The notes under the pieces are model-generated. The model made no database searches. It saw only the letters and a program-made list of their open reading frames with translations, and was not told the DNA's origin. Position numbers and translations under genes: made by a program. From positions 2,659 to 66,658 of the forward strand of contig JBFWZR010000008.1 in the NCBI GenBank assembly GCA_050185175.1: a stretch of DNA of 64,000 nt, written 5' to 3'. This DNA comes from Cyclobacteriaceae bacterium. Lineage in GTDB: Bacteria; Bacteroidota; Bacteroidia; Cytophagales; Cyclobacteriaceae. Below, one piece after another: positions 58,793 through 64,000 of the stretch; the stretch's first letter is position 1, and each line of letters starts with the position of its first letter.

Positions 58793-59740
58793 TCAATTCT
58801 GATCCCCGAGATTTTTAAGAATATCTTCCGTCATTTCCGCCAGACCAAACTGATGCTGCCATCCCCAGTCATTTCGTGCGGCTGAGTCATCAATTGACTT
58901 CGGCCACGAGTCTGCAATGGTTTGACGAAAGTCAGGCTTGTAGGTAATGGTGAATTCTGGAATGTGTTTTTTGATGGTAGAAGCAATTTGAGCAGGGCAG
59001 AAGCTCATTGAAGAGATATTATAGCTGGATCTAATCTTCACTTTTTCTGCAGGAGCTTCCATCAAGTCCAGTGTCGCTTTCACTGCGTCATTCATGTACA
59101 TCATCGGCAGGTAAGTATCTGCAGATAGAAAGCATTCGTAGGTCTTGTTGGCAATTGCTTTGAAGTAAATATCTACAGCGTAGTCGGTGGTGCCTCCTCC
59201 TGGTTGTGTCTTGTAGCCAATGAGGCCAGGGTATCTTAAGCTCCTCACATCTACGCCATATCTCCTGAAAAAATATTCACACCATCGTTCACCAGCGAGT
59301 TTGGTGATACCATATACCGTGGTTGGATCCATGATGGTGTGCTGTGGTGTCCTGTCTTTTGGGGTTGTGGGGCCAAACGCTGCGATCGAGCTGGGCCAGT
59401 ATACCTTGTCTAACTTTAGTTCTTGAGCGGCCTCCAATACATAAAGAAGACTTTCCATATTGAGTTTCCACGCCCATCTCGGATCTTGCTCGCCCGTTGC
59501 AGACAAAAGCGCAGCAAGGTGATACACTTGAGTGATGTCATTCGACTTGAGAAGCTCATACAGTTTGTCCTTCTGCATTACATCCAGCTTCTCATATCTC
59601 CCTTCTTTTAGAATTCCCTGTGGATCCTTGATATCACTCGAGATTACATTATCGATACCGTAAATCGACCAAAGTCCTTGGGTTAGTTCTGAACCCAATT
59701 GCCCACCGGCTCCTATTAGCAATACTTTCGTCTTCTTCAT
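58793..59740 (-). CDS. tdh: L-threonine 3-dehydrogenase (extended SDR / epimerase-like type)
   Basis: The N-terminus is KVLLIGAGGQLGSEL...VISSDI. YGITKLAGE provides the YxxxK motif. It is divergently paired with kbl. Confidence 0.75.
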   Translation of the reverse strand: MKKTKVLLIGAGGQLGSELTQGLWSIYGIDNVISSDIKDPQGILKEGRYEKLDVMQKDKLYELLKSNDITQVYHLAALLSATGEQDPRWAWKLNMESLLYVLEAAQELKLDKVYWPSSIAAFGPTTPKDRTPQHTIMDPTTVYGITKLAGERWCEYFFRRYGVDVRSLRYPGLIGYKTQPGGGTTDYAVDIYFKAIANKTYECFLSADTYLPMMYMNDAVKATLDLMEAPAEKVKIRSSYNISSMSFCPAQIASTIKKHIPEFTITYKPDFRQTIADSWPKSIDDSAARNDWGWQHQFGLAEMTEDILKNLGDQN

Positions 59741-59929
59741 CTTCAGGGGTAGTTAAAAATTGGGTTTGAACAGCTGTCGCCTAAATCAAACCTAAGGCGA
59801 TCATTGGGGGCCAAATTAGTAGAAATAATATACCTCGCAAATAACAAACCTTTGAGTGGTGGCGGTGATTTAATAGGTTGCAGTTCGTAGTTTTGACCAT
59901 CGAAAAATTGGAACTCAAGTCATTCAGCC

Positions 59930-61126
59930 ATGTATAAAACACTTCAGCCTGTATTACAAAAAGAACTAAAGTCAATTGAGGAAGCGGGATTGTTCAAAAA
60001 AGAAAGGATAATCACTACTCCTCAGGGCGCTGACATTAAAACGAGTGATGGAAGGGAAGTAATCAATTTCTGTGCAAATAACTATCTCGGGTTATCTTCT
60101 CACCCAAGAGTAATCGCGGCTGCCAAAAAAGCAATTGATACACATGGCTATGGAATGTCTTCCGTGAGATTTATTTGCGGTACACAGGATATTCATAAAG
60201 AACTTGAAAAAAAAATATCAGACTTCCTGGGGATGGAAGATACCATTCTTTATGCAGCTGCATTCGATGCAAATGGGGGAGTGTTTGAGCCTTTGTTCGG
60301 TGCGGAGGATGCGATTATTTCTGATGAGCTGAACCATGCTTCGATCATTGACGGGGTGCGCTTGTGCAAAGCCATGCGCTATCGCTACAAGCACAATAAC
60401 ATGGAAGACCTTGAGCAGCAGTTGAAGGATGCCAAAGCTGCCGGTGCCAAACAAATTATAATTGTTACGGATGGCGCGTTTTCGATGGATGGAACGATTG
60501 CTCAGTTGGATAAAATCTGTGATCTGGCAGACAAGTATGAGGCTCTGGTGATGACAGATGAATGTCACTCTTCAGGTTTCATTGGGAAAACCGGACGTGG
60601 CGTACCTGAATATCGCGGTGTAATGGATAGAGTGGATATTATCACAGGCACGCTTGGCAAAGCGCTTGGCGGAGCATCCGGTGGATTTACATCTGGTAAG
60701 AAAGAGATAATTGAATTGCTCAGGCAGCGTTCGAGGCCTTATCTGTTTTCAAATACTTTAGCTCCTTCTATTGTGGGAGGCTCTATAGAGGTTTTCAATA
60801 TGCTAACAGAGACCACTTCGCTACGTGATAAGCTTGAGAAGAACACACAATACTTCCGTAAAAAAATGACGGAAGCGGGATTTGACATCAAGCCTGGGGA
60901 ACATCCAATCGTTCCTATCATGTTGTATGAGGCACCGCTTGCTCAGAAGTTTGCTGAGAAACTCCTTGAAAAAGACATTTACGTTATCGGCTTCTTTTAT
61001 CCAGTGGTTGCAAAAGGACTCGCTCGAATTCGTGTGCAGATATCAGCGGGACATGATCAACATCATTTGGATAAGGCGATAAGCGCGTTTACTGAGGTGG
61101 GCAAGGAACTGGGCGTTCTTAAGTAA
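59930..61126 (+). CDS. kbl: glycine C-acetyltransferase (2-amino-3-ketobutyrate CoA ligase)
   Basis: [20 protein letters not shown] and [13 protein letters not shown] (PLP lysine context) are present. The product is 398 aa. Confidence 0.9.
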   Translation: MYKTLQPVLQKELKSIEEAGLFKKERIITTPQGADIKTSDGREVINFCANNYLGLSSHPRVIAAAKKAIDTHGYGMSSVRFICGTQDIHKELEKKISDFLGMEDTILYAAAFDANGGVFEPLFGAEDAIISDELNHASIIDGVRLCKAMRYRYKHNNMEDLEQQLKDAKAAGAKQIIIVTDGAFSMDGTIAQLDKICDLADKYEALVMTDECHSSGFIGKTGRGVPEYRGVMDRVDIITGTLGKALGGASGGFTSGKKEIIELLRQRSRPYLFSNTLAPSIVGGSIEVFNMLTETTSLRDKLEKNTQYFRKKMTEAGFDIKPGEHPIVPIMLYEAPLAQKFAEKLLEKDIYVIGFFYPVVAKGLARIRVQISAGHDQHHLDKAISAFTEVGKELGVLK

Positions 61127-64000
61127 CTACTGCTTTCTTATAACGATGGGAAAATCCTGACCTCTCGAAAACGTGTATGGGTATTGTGGCTTACCTTTCA
61201 GTTTTCTGGTCAACTCAGGCACTTGATCGTCAAGATAAGATTTCAGCTCATAGATAGTAACCTTACCGTCTTTAGGTGCTCCATCCGCTTCCCCTTGCAG
61301 AGCTGTAATTAGCGTGTAGGTGAAAAGACCGTGGCCTAATTCAGCAAACTCTGTCGCAAATTGTTCGCTGCCGGCACTTGCCATCACGTGAATACCCGCG
61401 CTACGTGATAATTGGGCAATTGCTTTTTCCTCAGCTGCACCCCGTGTCGCTAACAATTCAACAGAACCACCAGATTGACATGCATCCATGACGATGAGTT
61501 GTTTTAGTGCTTTGATGTTTTTCAACTTGTCCTGAAGAGTAGTTGCATCAATGGCTTCTTTTTTCAGTGAGCTTTGATCGTATAGTCGCAAGCTTTCTGT
61601 GGGAATAAAATAAAATTGATTGTCAACCATGCTGCCGTGGCCTGCATAATAGAATATAAAAACGTCCTCCTGGTGTATTTTCTCTGTCAGGTCATCGAGC
61701 AGTTGTAAAATATTTGCCTTGGAAGCTTTCTCATCATAAAGTGTAAACAGTTTAATGTCTTTAAATAATGCTTCACTATTGTTGTCTATTATGCCGCTGA
61801 AAGACTCTGCATCGGGACGGGCGTAGTTCAACGTCATCTTTGGGTTCTTATACTCGTTGATGCCAACGGCTACGATATAACAGGTACTACTCTTCGAAGA
61901 ACTTTCGGAAAATAACTCAGCAGTTCCAGGCTCGGATTCAACCCGGTCTTTATTCATAGCGGTGGCTGAGAATGTGTTTGTGCCACCGGTTAAATTCACT
62001 GTCTGTTTGAAGTTTTCGGTTCCACTTTTTCCAGACACACCTTTTTCCAATGGGATGTTCTTGCCGTTATGAAATAACTTGACCTCACCGATTCCCCCAC
62101 CATTGTCAGTGACCCGGATGAAGATCTCAGCGGCAGTTGATGAATTACCCGGGAGTGCTGCAACCTTAACAGTCGGTGGTGGACTGTTTTGCAGTTTGCT
62201 TCTGATGCCCTTCAACTCATTGATATCGCCACGACTTTGAAAAATCTTTGGGAGTAAGTCGGGTCTGTAAAACTCATTGAAAAACTGGTCGACAGAGTAA
62301 GTTTTGATTCCATTTACAAAATGAATGTACTTTCTGGCCTCATCCGTTCCATTAAAATACCCGTCAGGATTTTTGATCATCCATTCATTGCTTCCGAAGT
62401 GTATGTGCTCAAAAAACTCCTTGCCGGTATTTAAATCCCAGAATTTGGTGACACCATCGAGGCTATGGCTAATTAGCATTTTATTGTCCTTGCCAAGGAG
62501 CAGGGAAGTGATTTCTGCGTTGTGACCGTCAAATTTTTTTATCTCGTCTCCTGTCTCACTGTCCCAAACTCTGATGCTTCGATCGGCACCCGCAGAATAG
62601 ATAGACTTTCCGTCAGCGCTAAAAATAGCGGTGTGAACAGGTCCTCTGTGCCCTTTGAATTTTGCGGTCATAAGTCCAGTCGCGATATCCCAAATTCTGG
62701 CAGAACCATCCCAGCTTGTGCTCATCAATAGTTTGCCATCCGGACTAAGTGCGAGAGATGAGATGACGTCACTATGGCCAAGGAAATCACGAGCGGGTTT
62801 GTGTGTGTCCAATTCGATCAACTGCAATGAAAAGTCAAGTTTGGCTAAAAAAACGTAGAGCCCGTTGGGGTGGTACTTGAAATTGTAAGCCGAGTTATTC
62901 TGAAGGTTTATGTAGTTAATTCTCTCTCCGGTCGCAAGGTCGTGGACTTTGAAAGAAGCGTCCCACGATGATGACGCAACTTGTTTTTCATCTTTACTAA
63001 ACTGTACCGCGAAAACTGGCTCGCGATAAGACTTAATTACTTTAATTGTATCTCCCGTTGCTACATCCCAAAGTATGATATGCCCATCACCACCTCCCGT
63101 CACCATTCGCTTTCCATCTTTTGAAAGATCATAGCACAATGCAGCCTTTTCGTGGCCGTTGTATTCCATTGTTGTTTTTCCCGAAGCAATGTCCCAGCGT
63201 TTTACCTTCGTGCCGAATTTTCCTTTGATTAATTCCTTTCCATCATGCGAAAGAATTAATTCATTCTTAAATCGAATGTATTTGGCGATGTATTGTTCCC
63301 AATAGAAATTAGGATCATATGTGATTCCCCCCTTGTCTCGTTGATTGAGAAGCCCGGTAAGTGTTTGCTGAATTTTTAAGGTGGAAGGGTTCCATTCGTA
63401 CACTTCGTTGTTGTTGCAGGCTAGCAGTATAGTCTTTCCGTTTTTTGAAAAGGTGCCTTCATTGATTTCAGCGCCTTCGACAGGTTTGGTTTTTGAAAGT
63501 GCTTCTCCCGTTCCGGTATCCCATAGCATTATATTTTCCTTGGTGATTACCATTACCTGCTGGTCATTCAATGAGAAACCAGTGCTTACAATGTCTTCCA
63601 TTTCCTCTCCAAAAGTTCTGATCAAGTCACCTGTATTAAGATCATAAAGCTTAAGAACCATTTTGTTTGATGCTACCAATAACCTTTGATTATCGGAAGA
63701 GAAATCAACCCATGTGGCGCACCCTCCGCACCATCCTTCTTTTTGATTGAAAGTATATTTTAGCTCCCAGGTCTTTGCGTCATAGACGTTAGCTGTTCTG
63801 TTATCTTCGCCAATGGCAAACCATTTTCCGTCCTCAGAAAACTTAAAATTGACGCCATACCCAAGTCCCTGGTCCGCGTTGACTTTTAAAGTTTTGATGA
63901 CTGTCCTTGACTGTAAATCCCAAACCTCAGCTTCATCTGGGTAACCACCGACTACAAATAATTTGTCATCCGGACTGAACTTGGCTGCAGTAAGTAATTT
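61127..64000 (-). CDS. WD40-repeat / Ig-like / caspase (peptidase C14) domain protein, 5' end outside window
   Basis: The reading frame stays open from 63679 to nt 64000; I translated it and found no stop. At least 12 WD-type blades are visible (VWDLQ, LWDTGTG, RWDIASG, LWDVATG, IWDIATG, VWDSETG, FWDLNTG...). The C-terminal 253 aa form a caspase fold with His in YYAGHGS (codon 61637-61639) and Cys in VMDACQSGG (codon 61478-61480). Confidence 0.8.
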   Translation of the reverse strand, partial: KLLTAAKFSPDDKLFVVGGYPDEAEVWDLQSRTVIKTLKVNADQGLGYGVNFKFSEDGKWFAIGEDNRTANVYDAKTWELKYTFNQKEGWCGGCATWVDFSSDNQRLLVASNKMVLKLYDLNTGDLIRTFGEEMEDIVSTGFSLNDQQVMVITKENIMLWDTGTGEALSKTKPVEGAEINEGTFSKNGKTILLACNNNEVYEWNPSTLKIQQTLTGLLNQRDKGGITYDPNFYWEQYIAKYIRFKNELILSHDGKELIKGKFGTKVKRWDIASGKTTMEYNGHEKAALCYDLSKDGKRMVTGGGDGHIILWDVATGDTIKVIKSYREPVFAVQFSKDEKQVASSSWDASFKVHDLATGERINYINLQNNSAYNFKYHPNGLYVFLAKLDFSLQLIELDTHKPARDFLGHSDVISSLALSPDGKLLMSTSWDGSARIWDIATGLMTAKFKGHRGPVHTAIFSADGKSIYSAGADRSIRVWDSETGDEIKKFDGHNAEITSLLLGKDNKMLISHSLDGVTKFWDLNTGKEFFEHIHFGSNEWMIKNPDGYFNGTDEARKYIHFVNGIKTYSVDQFFNEFYRPDLLPKIFQSRGDINELKGIRSKLQNSPPPTVKVAALPGNSSTAAEIFIRVTDNGGGIGEVKLFHNGKNIPLEKGVSGKSGTENFKQTVNLTGGTNTFSATAMNKDRVESEPGTAELFSESSSKSSTCYIVAVGINEYKNPKMTLNYARPDAESFSGIIDNNSEALFKDIKLFTLYDEKASKANILQLLDDLTEKIHQEDVFIFYYAGHGSMVDNQFYFIPTESLRLYDQSSLKKEAIDATTLQDKLKNIKALKQLIVMDACQSGGSVELLATRGAAEEKAIAQLSRSAGIHVMASAGSEQFATEFAELGHGLFTYTLITALQGEADGAPKDGKVTIYELKSYLDDQVPELTRKLKGKPQYPYTFSRGQDFPIVIRKQ

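Noticed and set aside
59777-59800. An inverted repeat, TCGCCT-N12-AGGCGA, in the tdh/kbl divergent intergenic region. It could be an operator or a glycine-responsive element.
   Set aside because: The stem is only 6 bp and no second half-site or glycine-riboswitch core is present. That is too weak to call.
1-64000. Mobile elements, prophage remnants, CRISPR arrays, tRNA/rRNA genes, toxin-antitoxin pairs, and defence islands with restriction, Abi or retron components.
   Set aside because: No transposase, integrase, recombinase, reverse transcriptase, Cas, small paired ORFs or regularly spaced repeats were recognisable. The only conflict-type gene is the truncated WD40-caspase at the right edge. 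This was a visual scan only, so short or degenerate elements could have been missed.

Overview
This 64-kb window is densely coding (about 45 CDS) with no rRNA, tRNA, CRISPR array, transposase or integrase that I could recognise by eye. It looks like core chromosome of a gliding, T9SS-bearing member of the Bacteroidota (Cytophagia-like). The evidence is sprA, a cargo protein with a T9SS C-terminal sorting domain, CarboxypepD_reg-type TonB-dependent receptors, a DUF4249-type lipoprotein and the near absence of Shine-Dalgarno sequences. Recognisable blocks are: a TonB receptor/lipoprotein triad (1-3.1 kb); transporters and enzymes (3.2-7.1 kb); an Oar-like TonB receptor plus MltF (9.9-14.7 kb); an NAD-supply locus joining kynurenine-pathway genes to pnuC and an NadR-type kinase (14.7-21.9 kb); a symporter with a nucleotidyltransferase/kinase pair (21.9-25.7 kb); lipA-gcvH-sprA-ruvA-maeB (28-39.5 kb); two tandem paralogous 940-aa secreted proteins of unusual architecture (40.9-46.8 kb); a long co-directional envelope cluster (46.8-56.3 kb); a T9SS cargo gene; tdh/kbl; and a WD40-caspase gene cut by the window edge. 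I found no canonical defence or mobile system. The best candidates for undescribed biology are the barrel-less CarboxypepD_reg/MG2/plug-like paralog pair, the truncated WD40-caspase protein, and the atypical SDR/aldehyde dehydrogenase operon fused to NAD salvage. All function calls come from motif recognition in the supplied translations; no database search was run.
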